The notes under the pieces: model-generated
The model's database searches: none
What the model saw: the letters and a program-made list of their open reading frames with translations, nothing else
What the model was told of the DNA's origin: nothing
Shown here: positions 18,641 through 27,900 of the stretch, in pieces
How the letters are laid out: each line of letters opens with the position of its first letter
Numbering within the stretch: the stretch's first letter is position 1
Origin: Candidatus Brocadiia bacterium
Lineage (GTDB): Bacteria > Planctomycetota > Uabimicrobiia > Uabimicrobiales > JABWCH01
Reading direction: 5' to 3'
Length of the DNA stretch: 64,000 nucleotides
Assembly (NCBI GenBank): GCA_013359215.1
Contig: JABWCH010000001.1
Coordinates: 7,528 to 71,527 of the forward strand
Made by a program: the position numbers and the translations under genes

Positions 18641-20173
18641 ATGTTTTTGAAATTTTTTATATTTCTCTTGGTACTTTTAACTCTGTATGCGCAGGAAAAT
18701 AAAGATTTGGTTCTGCCTGCATCACAAGAGGAAGGGCTAAAAGACATTGGCCGATATGTGGAACTTTTTGCTTCCAAAAATGCTCTTGTTTCCTTGAGCA
18801 GCTTGGATTATATAGCCTATTTTGGGAAAGATGCACTGCCCTTTTTAATCCAGGGGCTTAACCACGCCAACCAGCAAGTCCGATGCTTTTCAGCGATTGC
18901 CTTGAGCCGTATCCCAGACAAAAGTGCTGTTGCTCCTTTGATTGCAGCGATTTCAGAACCTGGGGTCATAGATTTGCAAGTGCTTTCGGATGATGGTTTA
19001 AAAATCCATCCTGCCTATGATATGTCTTTTAAAAATGCTTTGCAGGAAAACGCGCTTCGCACCCTCCAAAGCATCACAGGGGTTTCCTTTGGTGCTATCT
19101 CTGATGATTCAAAGAAAAAAGAAATTGTCGAAAAATGGCAAGAATGGTGGCAAAAAGAAGAAAAGACCTTTATCTTGCCTCAAAAACTAGAACTTACCAA
19201 TTTGCTATCCGAAGAGGCAAGGTATCCTATCCCAGGCTACTCTATATATTTAAAAGGCATTACCGTTTGCCTTGACCCTGGTCATGGAGGAGAATCGGAA
19301 AAGATAGGTTATAAAAGAGGCCCTTCTGGTAACCAGGAAGCCGAATCTAACCTGAGATTGAGCCGCTATCTTAGGGATTTTCTCACAAAATGCGGGGCAA
19401 AGGTTTTGATGACGAGAGACAGCGACCGATTTATTTCCCTCAAAGACAGAACCCAGGTCGCCAATTTGCACAAAGCAGACCTTTTTATTTCCATCCACCA
19501 TAACTGGTCGTATCGATACACAGCACAGGCCACTACAATATGGTATCACAGAACCCAGGACTATAAACCAGCAGCCATAGATTTAGCACGCTATATCTTC
19601 CAGGAATTTACAGACAAAGTCCCCATGAGAGAGCTAGACAGTGCCATGGGTCTTAAATCCGATAATTTGATCTACCAAAGCGGCTTTGGCGTTCTCCGCG
19701 ATTTAAGCCCAGAGATCCCAGGCATTTTATGCGAACTCGCCTTTTTTTCCAATCTCGAAACAGAGCTAAAAATGAGAGATCCTGAATTTTTACGCCAAGA
19801 AGCCTATGGTATCTTTTTGGGTGTAGCTCGCTATCTATATGCTGGCATACCTTCCTACTCTGTCTTAGAGCCAAAAGAACGAATCCTTTCTGAAAAGCAG
19901 CCATTGTTCGTGATCCAGATCCATGATGGACTCCAAGACCGCAATTCCTGGGATAAAAAAGCCAAAATCTTTGCTAAACAAATTGTGGTAGAATTGGATG
20001 GGATTTCTGTTCCTTATCAGTACAACCCTTCAACATCATTCATAGAGTTCCAGCCTCCCAAACCTCTAAGCCCAGGAGATCATACGCTCCAGGTTTTCAT
20101 AATGAACTTAAACAAAAATCACAACTGGGGTAAAGTCTATTGCTTTTCTATCCAGGAAAAAGAAAAAAAATGA
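18641..20173 (+). CDS. N-acetylmuramoyl-L-alanine amidase (Amidase_3) with N-terminal HEAT-like repeats
   Basis: Signal peptide, then a HEAT-like region (LIQGLNHANQQVRCFSAIALSRI), then amidase motifs VCLDPGHGGE, DLFISIHHN and CELAFFSN. Confidence 0.8.
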   Translation: MFLKFFIFLLVLLTLYAQENKDLVLPASQEEGLKDIGRYVELFASKNALVSLSSLDYIAYFGKDALPFLIQGLNHANQQVRCFSAIALSRIPDKSAVAPLIAAISEPGVIDLQVLSDDGLKIHPAYDMSFKNALQENALRTLQSITGVSFGAISDDSKKKEIVEKWQEWWQKEEKTFILPQKLELTNLLSEEARYPIPGYSIYLKGITVCLDPGHGGESEKIGYKRGPSGNQEAESNLRLSRYLRDFLTKCGAKVLMTRDSDRFISLKDRTQVANLHKADLFISIHHNWSYRYTAQATTIWYHRTQDYKPAAIDLARYIFQEFTDKVPMRELDSAMGLKSDNLIYQSGFGVLRDLSPEIPGILCELAFFSNLETELKMRDPEFLRQEAYGIFLGVARYLYAGIPSYSVLEPKERILSEKQPLFVIQIHDGLQDRNSWDKKAKIFAKQIVVELDGISVPYQYNPSTSFIEFQPPKPLSPGDHTLQVFIMNLNKNHNWGKVYCFSIQEKEKK

Positions 20174-21264
20174 TTCCCTTTTTTTGCAACTTAATCGCCC
20201 TGGCAGCTCTTTCCCTCTTCCTGGTAGGCTGCACAAGGCATGAACCTACTTTGGATAGTCTTTTTGGTGGGATAGAAGAGCGGATACAAAATGTACCAGA
20301 GAAAAGAGAGGATTCTGCTATCGAGGCTTTAGAAGAAAACCTGGAGGCCATTCTATCCCATTCTGAATTCCCAAGCCTTCCCCAAAAAAAAATAGACCTT
20401 CTGCTCCAGGCCATAGAAGGATTTCAAATAGGCTATTTTATCCATCCCACTATTCCCAGGCTGCAACGATTGCAAGAATGCTATCTTATTTTCGATAAAG
20501 CCATCTGGGATAAAAAAGCAAATTACCAAGAGTTCTCTCGGCTGAGAAGCATGATTGAGCTTATTGTACAAAGAAGCCAGATAGCAAAAGAATCGATTCC
20601 TTCTTTGCTCGAATATTGGGCGAAAAACCCTGAGAACAGAGACAATCTTATCCAGGAAATTCAACAAAGATGGGAAGTCGGAGGCATTTGCCTCAAAAAG
20701 AATTCCCATTCCTGGGAAATCGTCTGCCTGGAAGATCAAGAAAATAAAAAAAACAAACAATATGTAGCAGAATTCAAAAAAAACCAGTTCCAAAACCTGC
20801 CGATTCTGGAACAAAGATTTTTGAATCGCCTTGAATTGAGGAAAATCAAAGCCGATAGCCAGACAATAGCCTATAGCAATGTGATTATAAACAAGACAAA
20901 AGAAAAATTTGCCTTGATCCGCGCCCTGGCGCAAAAAGATTCTCTGACCGAAACAGAAAGAGAAATATTAGAAAAGGCGAAAAAAAAGCTATACTTCTTT
21001 GGCCTGGAAAAAATGCTGATTCGTCACAGCTATTTTTTAGATGTGCCAAAATATCTATATAACAAAGAACTTGTATTTTTTTTCCACACTCATCCCCATG
21101 ACCCCAGAATTTTCTATCCCAAAAAGCCCTCTGGACAAGACAAAGCCACAAGCTTTCGCAGCGGGCCTATGCTTGTTTTCGATATACAAAAAGATCACCT
21201 GGATGTCTACAGCGTGATACTAGGGGAAACAGAAAAAATCCAAACTTTTTATTTTGAAAAATAA
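20170..21264 (+). CDS. Lipoprotein with C-terminal JAB/MPN (JAMM)-like motif
   Basis: ATG 20170 overlaps the amidase stop (ATGA). There is a lipobox LFLVGC. The C-terminus FFFHTHPHDPRIFYPKKPSGQD resembles the JAMM H-x-H...S-x-x-D metal site. Confidence 0.5.
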   Translation: MIPFFCNLIALAALSLFLVGCTRHEPTLDSLFGGIEERIQNVPEKREDSAIEALEENLEAILSHSEFPSLPQKKIDLLLQAIEGFQIGYFIHPTIPRLQRLQECYLIFDKAIWDKKANYQEFSRLRSMIELIVQRSQIAKESIPSLLEYWAKNPENRDNLIQEIQQRWEVGGICLKKNSHSWEIVCLEDQENKKNKQYVAEFKKNQFQNLPILEQRFLNRLELRKIKADSQTIAYSNVIINKTKEKFALIRALAQKDSLTETEREILEKAKKKLYFFGLEKMLIRHSYFLDVPKYLYNKELVFFFHTHPHDPRIFYPKKPSGQDKATSFRSGPMLVFDIQKDHLDVYSVILGETEKIQTFYFEK

Positions 21265-21271
21265 ATATATA

Positions 21272-21319
21272 GTTTTTAAAGGGGGTTTGGGGGAAAATTT
21301 TTACAAAAATTTTCCCCCC
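21272..21319. repeat. Palindrome-containing element (copy 2, inverted)
   Basis: The rc reads ggggggaaaatttttgtaaaaattttcccccaaaccccctttaaaaac, near-identical to 18562-18607. Confidence 0.8.
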
Positions 21320-21446
21320 AAAAAAAAATATCTTTGGTAAATCCTATTCAAATAAAGAATTGCATCGAAAAGCTAACACTCATGACGTAGACAATGCATT
21401 CTTTACCATCCTTATTTCCATCTATAGTTTTATTTAAGGAAAATTC

Positions 21447-22787
21447 ATGATCGTAATGAAATTCGGAGGAAGCTCCATTTCCAATGCAGACAGAATCAAA
21501 TCCATTGCTAAAATCATCCAAATGTCTCTAAACCGCAAACCTTTCATAGTAACTTCAGCCATGGGCAAAACAACCGACAACCTTTTACAGGCAGGAGAAA
21601 ATGCACTGCATGGCACAGTAAACCTGGAAGAAATCAAAACATTACACTATGATACACTCAAAGAACTTGGGTTAAAAAAAGAAAAAGAAAAAATAGAAGA
21701 TATATTCAAAGAATTAGCTAATCTTTTATGGGGCATATATTTACTTAAAGAACTCTCTCCCAGAACCAAAGACTACCTTGTTTCCTTTGGAGAAAGGCTT
21801 TCCGCTAAAATACTGGCGGCCTATTTAAGCAAAGTCAAAATTCCTGCACAGTCTTTTGATGCTTGGGATATAGGATTTACCAGCAATTCCGATTTCACCA
21901 ATGGAGAAGTTCTGGACGAAAGCTATGAAAAGATCAGCCAGTCTTTAGGCAAGCTAAAGTCAGACTACAGCTATACACCTGTTATAACAGGCTTTATCGC
22001 CAAAGACAAATCTGGGAACATAACGACTTTAGGCAGAGGCGGCAGCGACCTCACAGCCTCTGTTTTAGGAGCGGCTTTGGATGTAGAAGAAATCGAGGTA
22101 TGGAAAGACGTAGATGGCATTTTAACAACAGATCCCAGAATTGTGAAACACGCACGGCCCGTTCAGGCCATTTCCTTTGAAGAAGCCTCTGAACTCGCCT
22201 ATTTTGGGGCAAAGGTTCTGCATCCCAGATCCATCATCCCTGCCATGCTCAAAAATATCCCTGTAAGAGTAAAGAACTTCTACGACTTCGACCATCCAGG
22301 CACGGTCATTCTAAAAGACTTTAAAGACGAAAAAAGCCTCTTGCGCGTTATCACATTCAAACGCAACGTAACTTTGATCGATGTCGTTTCCACCCGAATG
22401 CTCGGACAATATGGCTTTATGTCCAAAGTTTTCCAAATTTTCAATGATGAAAAAATCTCCGTAGATATGGTAGCAACAAGCGAAATCAGCATTTCTATGA
22501 CACTAAATGACTATAGAGAGAATCTGGATACTTTAAAAAAAGAGCTAGAAAAAATTGCGAATATCGAGATCAAAAAAGGAAAATCCATAATCACCATGAT
22601 CGGCAATGTAAAGCATTCCTCCGAAATTCTGGAGCAGGTGTTCAATGCCTTAAAAGCCAAAGGAATCAATGTACAGATGATTTCCCAAGGTGCGTCCAAA
22701 GTAAATATCAGCTTCATTGTAGATGACAGGGAAATGGAAACATGCGTGAAGGATCTACATAAAATTTTTTTTGAGGAAACAACATGA
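21447..22787 (+). CDS. lysC: Aspartate kinase
   Basis: N-terminus MIVMKFGGSSISNADRI, the motif LGRGGSDLTASVLGAAL, and C-terminal tandem ACT-like regions. Confidence 0.9.
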   Translation: MIVMKFGGSSISNADRIKSIAKIIQMSLNRKPFIVTSAMGKTTDNLLQAGENALHGTVNLEEIKTLHYDTLKELGLKKEKEKIEDIFKELANLLWGIYLLKELSPRTKDYLVSFGERLSAKILAAYLSKVKIPAQSFDAWDIGFTSNSDFTNGEVLDESYEKISQSLGKLKSDYSYTPVITGFIAKDKSGNITTLGRGGSDLTASVLGAALDVEEIEVWKDVDGILTTDPRIVKHARPVQAISFEEASELAYFGAKVLHPRSIIPAMLKNIPVRVKNFYDFDHPGTVILKDFKDEKSLLRVITFKRNVTLIDVVSTRMLGQYGFMSKVFQIFNDEKISVDMVATSEISISMTLNDYRENLDTLKKELEKIANIEIKKGKSIITMIGNVKHSSEILEQVFNALKAKGINVQMISQGASKVNISFIVDDREMETCVKDLHKIFFEETT

Positions 22788-23524
22788 AAATCGCTTTGAT
22801 AGGCTACGGCCAGATGGGGCATATTTTAGAAATGGTCGCCCAAAAAAGACAACATACAATTGTAGCCAAAATAGACCCATACGTACCTGATGCCACACAC
22901 AAAGAAATTTCAGAAATTTCAGTCAAAGAAGCCCAGGTTTGTATTGATTTCAGCCACCCTGAAGCCTTTTGGGAAAACCTAAAGAAGCTACTTTCTTTAG
23001 AAAAAAACATCGTTGCAGGAACAACAGGTTGGTATGACCGAGCTGAGGAAGCCAAAAACCTTATTGGAAATAAAATTGGCTTTGTTTATGGCTCAAACTT
23101 TTCCCTAGGCGTGAACCTCTTCTACCGAATCGTAGAAAAAGCCGCTGATACCATGAAAGCCTTTGCAGGCTACGATGTTGCTGGCGTTGAATACCATCAT
23201 AACAAAAAAGCAGACAGCCCCTCTGGAACAGCCAAAAGCCTTGCCCAGATCATAAAAACCCAAATCCCCAGAAAAGAATCCATTGTCTACGATGCTGTCA
23301 ACAGAAAGATTCTCCCCCAAGAACTCCATTTTGCAAGCCTGAGATGCGGATCTATCCCAGGCACACACAAAATTTTCTTCGATTCTGACGCAGATACCAT
23401 CGAACTCTCCCATACAGCAAGAAACCGAGAGGGCTTTGCCCTAGGTGCTATCCTCGCAGCAGAATGGATCATAGAGAAAAAAGGCTTCTTTACAGTACAA
23501 GACTTCTTTAAGGAAATCTTGTAA
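22784..23524 (+). CDS. dapB: 4-hydroxy-tetrahydrodipicolinate reductase
   Basis: ATGA overlap with lysC. It has MKIALIGYGQMG (NAD(P) binding) and the DapB signature EYHHNKKADSPSGTA. Confidence 0.9.
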   Translation: MKIALIGYGQMGHILEMVAQKRQHTIVAKIDPYVPDATHKEISEISVKEAQVCIDFSHPEAFWENLKKLLSLEKNIVAGTTGWYDRAEEAKNLIGNKIGFVYGSNFSLGVNLFYRIVEKAADTMKAFAGYDVAGVEYHHNKKADSPSGTAKSLAQIIKTQIPRKESIVYDAVNRKILPQELHFASLRCGSIPGTHKIFFDSDADTIELSHTARNREGFALGAILAAEWIIEKKGFFTVQDFFKEIL

Positions 23525-23638
23525 ACCAAGAATATGATTAAGTCTATGAACTCTTTTTAATACAAACTGCTCAGTCTTAAGCCAACAACTGTGGAATCAA
23601 TCCCCAGTTGTTATTTCTGAGCTGTTGTTTAGCAAAAA

Positions 23639-23910
23639 GGCTTGTATGAAACTTCAAGCAGCAAGCGGGTTCTATCAAAAGAAAAATAGCTTTATTTGAA
23701 TCGTTCGCTTCGTGTAAGCCTTCTTGCAGGAATCAAAAAAACAGGTATCACCATTTTTTTTGTGCCAGCCTCAAGAGTCGAATAAAATTTTTTGATTTGC
23801 CATCTGGTACTGTTTTTGATTCCTTACAGAAGGCTTACACTACGCTCTGCTTATCCCTAAAGTTTCATCGTGAAAAAAGTTACGCAAAGCGTAAAATAGT
23901 GGCTTGTATG
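23639..23910. repeat. ~250-bp structured/MITE-like element flanked by 10-bp direct repeat GGCTTGTATG
   Basis: The direct repeats lie at 23639-23648 and 23901-23910. A long internal inverted repeat pairs gtgtaagccttcttgcaggaatcaaaaa..cagg (23712-23746) with ctgtttttgattccttacagaaggcttacac (23810-23840). An outer pairing is atgaaactt/aagtttcat. Confidence 0.5.
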
Positions 23911-23968
23911 TAAATATCGAATCCAAAAACGGCTAATGCTAATACAATAAATAAAATTTTTATAAATC

Positions 23969-25048
23969 CTATTTATTGAAAGAATTTTCAAATAAGATCA
24001 AATCGGCTGTAATTTTTTTTAAAATTGCCAAAAAATTCTTCTCTTGTACTATAAAATAGATAAATATATTTAAAAAGATCAATACTAACAATAGCAGAAT
24101 AGATAAAAACAAAGAATGTACAAAACGAAATTTTAATTTGTTATAGACTCTTGGTATTAGGGATGATGTTCGTTTCCAAAAATAAAATTTTGTTTTGAAA
24201 ACCAATTTTTTTTGTAAAACTTTGTTAAGTATTTTATAGATAACATCTTCTTTTCCAAGAGATGTATTATAGAATTGTTTGATGATCTTTTCCGCTATCT
24301 CGCGAAGATTTATTCTATCCTCTTTCTCATATGGAAAAAAGCTTGATACACCATAAAGAAAAAACCAAAAAAATGGATCATGATCAGTATTGTTTATTTC
24401 CTGATTTTGTAAATAGCCAAGAATCCGCTGCCACAATATTCTTTTCTTGGGAATGATTATTTCCCTAAGGGCGGTTTTAATTGGCATTTCACTTCTAAAA
24501 GTGCCAAGAAGAAGAGTCCATAGGTTTTCAACCAAAAAAAAGCGTATATCTTCTAAACTTTCTATATTTTCAAAAATCACCCTTGAAGATTTTAATCCTG
24601 CCCTTTTAAATAAAGCAGGCATAACATAGAAAAAAAGATGGTTTTCAGGTCTGTTGTTAAGCTGAAGTTCTTCAAGAGATTTAGAAATAAAAAGAGTTTT
24701 TTTTGTAAGTTCTACTAGTCCGGAATTCCCTATACCTTGAAATTCAAACTTAGGGAAGTAGAATCCAACATTTTTGTAAACCAGTGTCCAAAGTTGCCAA
24801 TAGCAATAAAAAATTTCCCAATTCATAGAAAGAAAATTGTCTATCCTTTCAAATTCTCCTTCTGCTGTATTCCAAAGACAAATTTTGGAAATATTTCTAA
24901 ATTCAAAGGCGAGTTCCTCTCTATTGGAATTTTCTTGAATGCAATATAGCATACTGTAAAATCTGTTTTTGTATGCCTTGCTATCTAAAATAATAGGTTT
25001 ACGATCCCATGTACCTAAAGTTTTCCAAAAGGAATGAAATCTGTGCAT
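23969..25048 (-). CDS. Unknown-function protein, C-terminal TM anchor; paralog of 52569-53657
   Basis: Blocks shared with the 362-aa ORF: M(H/F)RFH(S/T), NWEI(F/L)YC(Y)W, NHL(F/L)F.VMP.L.KR, (V/I)(R/Q)FFL(V/I)(E/Q)(N/K)LW.LL, DPFFWFF.YG. Both also have a C-terminal hydrophobic helix (SLFLSILLLLVLIFLNIFIYFIV). Confidence 0.6.
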   Translation of the reverse strand: MHRFHSFWKTLGTWDRKPIILDSKAYKNRFYSMLYCIQENSNREELAFEFRNISKICLWNTAEGEFERIDNFLSMNWEIFYCYWQLWTLVYKNVGFYFPKFEFQGIGNSGLVELTKKTLFISKSLEELQLNNRPENHLFFYVMPALFKRAGLKSSRVIFENIESLEDIRFFLVENLWTLLLGTFRSEMPIKTALREIIIPKKRILWQRILGYLQNQEINNTDHDPFFWFFLYGVSSFFPYEKEDRINLREIAEKIIKQFYNTSLGKEDVIYKILNKVLQKKLVFKTKFYFWKRTSSLIPRVYNKLKFRFVHSLFLSILLLLVLIFLNIFIYFIVQEKNFLAILKKITADLILFENSFNK

Positions 25049-25107
25049 ATAAATTTTATTTTTATTCTTTCAAGATTTAAGAAGGTTTTACTATGAATTG
25101 CCTGAAC

Positions 25108-25578
25108 CTACCCTTTTTCCTGTGCTATGATAGAAAGAGGGGCAATAAAACCGCCCCCCGCCACATAGGAAATGCTTTCCAATACTATTTCTCCTCGAAG
25201 GGGTAATTCTTGAATTTGTTCTATAGTGAACCACCTGGCTTCCAAAGATTCTTCATCGGGGCGGGATTTAGGTGGAGTATCATCCGTAGGGTTGGCTACG
25301 AAAATCACACGAACTCTCGTGTATTCAGGTAAAGGCGAATGCTCAAATCTTAAAATCCCTTCAAATTCAATCGGTATGCCCGCCTCTTCTAAAGTCTCCC
25401 GCTTTGCTGCTGTAGTAAAATCTTCGCCTGGCTCTACTCTGCCCGCAGGGAGATACCACAGTTGTCCATGTTTTTGTTCATGAACAAGCAAAAAACGATC
25501 TTCTTTCTTTACTACAACAAGCACAAAAAAAATAAGTTTGTATTGGTTCCCTTGGCATATGACTTCCTCTTTTGACAT
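25108..25578 (-). CDS. NUDIX hydrolase
   Basis: 156 aa with a canonical Nudix box LPAGRVEPGEDFTTAAKRETLEEAGI. It starts 13 nt downstream of the vgrG-like stop. Confidence 0.85.
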   Translation of the reverse strand: MSKEEVICQGNQYKLIFFVLVVVKKEDRFLLVHEQKHGQLWYLPAGRVEPGEDFTTAAKRETLEEAGIPIEFEGILRFEHSPLPEYTRVRVIFVANPTDDTPPKSRPDEESLEARWFTIEQIQELPLRGEIVLESISYVAGGGFIAPLSIIAQEKG

Positions 25579-25591
25579 AAATTATTTTAAT

Positions 25592-27382
25592 CTAAGATTT
25601 TTTAAATTCAGCCTGGTTATTGCTGAACACTAAGGATACTCCATTCGGTATTCCTATGTTAGAATTTTTTGAAGCTTCTATATGAATTTCCTCTGCCAAA
25701 ATATCTACTTTCCCTGCTTGTACTTTAAAAATACCATTGCCCTGGTCGCTTATTTCTATTTTACATTTTTCGGACTCTATGATAGCATTTTTTGTAACAG
25801 AATCTAGCATAAAAGATATTGTTGAATTTCCATTACGCAATACTAAGGAAAAATTTTGATCTTCTTCTTTTTGTAGCAAGGATAGTTCCATGCTTTTTTT
25901 ATTGTTTTTTTTGAGAGAAATGCTCAATTCTCCTGATGGACAAAGAAAAATTTCTATTTGTCCCAGTTGGAAAAGCAATTGTCTCTCCTCTATTTTTTGC
26001 GCTTTTTCTAGGCTACTAGACTGGTGGTGCGTCAGCGTGCCTAAAACAATCGGCATAGATTCAAAATGATCTGGAAATGCGAGCAATACTTCTGTTTCCT
26101 TTTCAGGAAACCAGGTATAAAGGTCTTCCTTTCCAGCAAAAGGGCGCAATACTCTTGCAAAAACAGTTCTTCTATCAGCGCATAGCAATTCCACTTTAAC
26201 CCAGTCTACAAAATGCAATGGATCATCATCACTTTTAGTAATGCCTTTTTCTTTTACTTTTCCGATCATAAACCGAATGCTATTTTTTGTATCCTCATGT
26301 ACCACCTTTTGATAGCTATTTTCTAAATTTGCAAGCAACAGATCTTTTAAATTTTGTAACCTTTTTTTCTGTATTGTCTCTAGTGGCATTAGCTTAGCCA
26401 ATTGAATTTTTTTCAAGCAATGTTGCTCCCAATTCGTTAGATCATCCCATTGCCCTGTAATAAAAATAGCTTTTACAGATAGATTTTGATTCCAATATAG
26501 GCTAAAACCTAAGTTGATAAACTCTCGATAGTTCAATCCTGATAAAACATTGACTTTTTGGCCTAATTGCAAATCATCGGGAAAATAGTCTATAAAAATA
26601 GAAGTCCCTTGGAATACTTTTTTTAATCTGTCTATTGTATTTCTTTGGTAGATATCTAAAATTTCTTTTGTGGAAGAAGCATTCCAGTATTTTTGATAAG
26701 GAAAAGCAGATTGAACTTTTCTGATTTCCTGTTTTTGTAAAACAGGGTGATAGCCAATAGCCGACGATATGGGAACAAAATTTTGAGGCAAATGGCTTTC
26801 TTGATGCTTTAGAAGAAGAATATATTGGGGATCTATAGCTATTTCTTTTTGGCAGAGGAAAGAATTTGTATCCCAAATGCTTACTTTTTTGGATGATGCA
26901 GTATACTCAAAAAAAAATCCACTTTGTTCAGCAAGGTATTTCAAAAAATCATAGCTTGTTTTGTATGTTTGCAAAAATTGTATGCTTTGAAGCTCTAATA
27001 ATTTTTGATTTTGTACTTGTATATCCATCTCTAAATGGAATATACCCAAAAGCTCCTCCAATACAGAATGAATATTTTTGCCACGATAGTGTACGCTGAG
27101 AGGAGTAAGAGATAAAAAATACAAAGGATCTACAGCAACAATGGTCTTGCCTTGGTGAAGTAAAGAAATTTCTTCTGTAATATTTATAATAAAACCCTGA
27201 AAGATTATATTATTATCTAGTTTAATGATGACATCTTTTTCTTCTTCCAAAAAGAATTCATTCGACAAGGTTATAGTACAGGTACTCCAGCGATTCACCT
27301 CATGAATAAGGCAAATACTTATTAAGTCTCTGTCTGTAACAAATAAAGCACGATTTCCCAAACAACATTGAATTGTCGCCAT
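25592..27382 (-). CDS. vgrG: VgrG / phage late-control-D-like spike protein (gp27-like + gp5 OB-fold)
   Basis: The N-terminal gp27/gpD pattern is present (FQGFIINI..., VAVDPLYFLSLTPLSVHYRGKNIHSVLEELL, YDFLKYLAEQSGFFFEY). The gp5-OB pattern is also present (MIGKVKEK...VKVELLCADRRTVFARVLRPFAGKEDLYTWFPEKETEVLLAFPDHFESMPIVLGTL). The C-terminal beta-region is short. Confidence 0.8.
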   Translation of the reverse strand: MATIQCCLGNRALFVTDRDLISICLIHEVNRWSTCTITLSNEFFLEEEKDVIIKLDNNIIFQGFIINITEEISLLHQGKTIVAVDPLYFLSLTPLSVHYRGKNIHSVLEELLGIFHLEMDIQVQNQKLLELQSIQFLQTYKTSYDFLKYLAEQSGFFFEYTASSKKVSIWDTNSFLCQKEIAIDPQYILLLKHQESHLPQNFVPISSAIGYHPVLQKQEIRKVQSAFPYQKYWNASSTKEILDIYQRNTIDRLKKVFQGTSIFIDYFPDDLQLGQKVNVLSGLNYREFINLGFSLYWNQNLSVKAIFITGQWDDLTNWEQHCLKKIQLAKLMPLETIQKKRLQNLKDLLLANLENSYQKVVHEDTKNSIRFMIGKVKEKGITKSDDDPLHFVDWVKVELLCADRRTVFARVLRPFAGKEDLYTWFPEKETEVLLAFPDHFESMPIVLGTLTHHQSSSLEKAQKIEERQLLFQLGQIEIFLCPSGELSISLKKNNKKSMELSLLQKEEDQNFSLVLRNGNSTISFMLDSVTKNAIIESEKCKIEISDQGNGIFKVQAGKVDILAEEIHIEASKNSNIGIPNGVSLVFSNNQAEFKKS

Positions 27383-27477
27383 CTTTTATCCCTATCTTAC
27401 AAAAGGAAATCTTTCCATACCTATTCTCTATAACGAATAGGTGCGCTAAGAAATTAACACACCTATTCGTTAACTTT

Positions 27478-27900
27478 TTAAGAAGCCTTTACTTCAATTT
27501 CTTTCGGTGCTACTTCTAAGCATTCTAAAATATGCTTATCTTCTTTATTAAGCTCTATAAACCATTTTATAGGAGCGGAACTTTTTAATATGATCTGTTG
27601 TATAACCCTCTGACCACCAGTTATATCGTCCTTCACTTCTAATGTTATATCAGCAACAGATCCTTTTAAAAACCATTCCCATAAAACTTTAGGAGCCAGT
27701 GTTGTATTTTGTAATTTACGTTTTATGGTAACAAGCTGAAATTCCAGAGAACCATGCCTTTTATAAGAGGTCATACATTTGCTTTTATTTTCAGCCTTCT
27801 CATAACCATAGCATCCGCAAATACCATCAATACTGTAGATTTCATCGCTCGATATTTTCATATTAGCATCAAACATGACATCTATTGTCGCCACTTTCAT
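27478..27900 (-). CDS. Hcp / tail-tube-like protein
   Basis: 140 aa. The size, position next to vgrG and alternating beta pattern (DVMFDANMKISSDEIYSIDGI..., LEFQLVTIKRKLQNTTLAPKVLWEWFLKG, ITLEV...QQIILKSSAPIKWFIEL..ECLEVAPKEIEV) resemble Hcp and gp19-type tube proteins. Confidence 0.5.
   Translation of the reverse strand: MKVATIDVMFDANMKISSDEIYSIDGICGCYGYEKAENKSKCMTSYKRHGSLEFQLVTIKRKLQNTTLAPKVLWEWFLKGSVADITLEVKDDITGGQRVIQQIILKSSAPIKWFIELNKEDKHILECLEVAPKEIEVKAS

Noticed and set aside
21320-21446. Lysine riboswitch (L-box) upstream of lysC
   Set aside because: The leader is only about 125 nt and AT-rich. I could not find the conserved L-box helices or motifs by eye. A covariance-model scan (Rfam Lysine) would be needed to revisit this.
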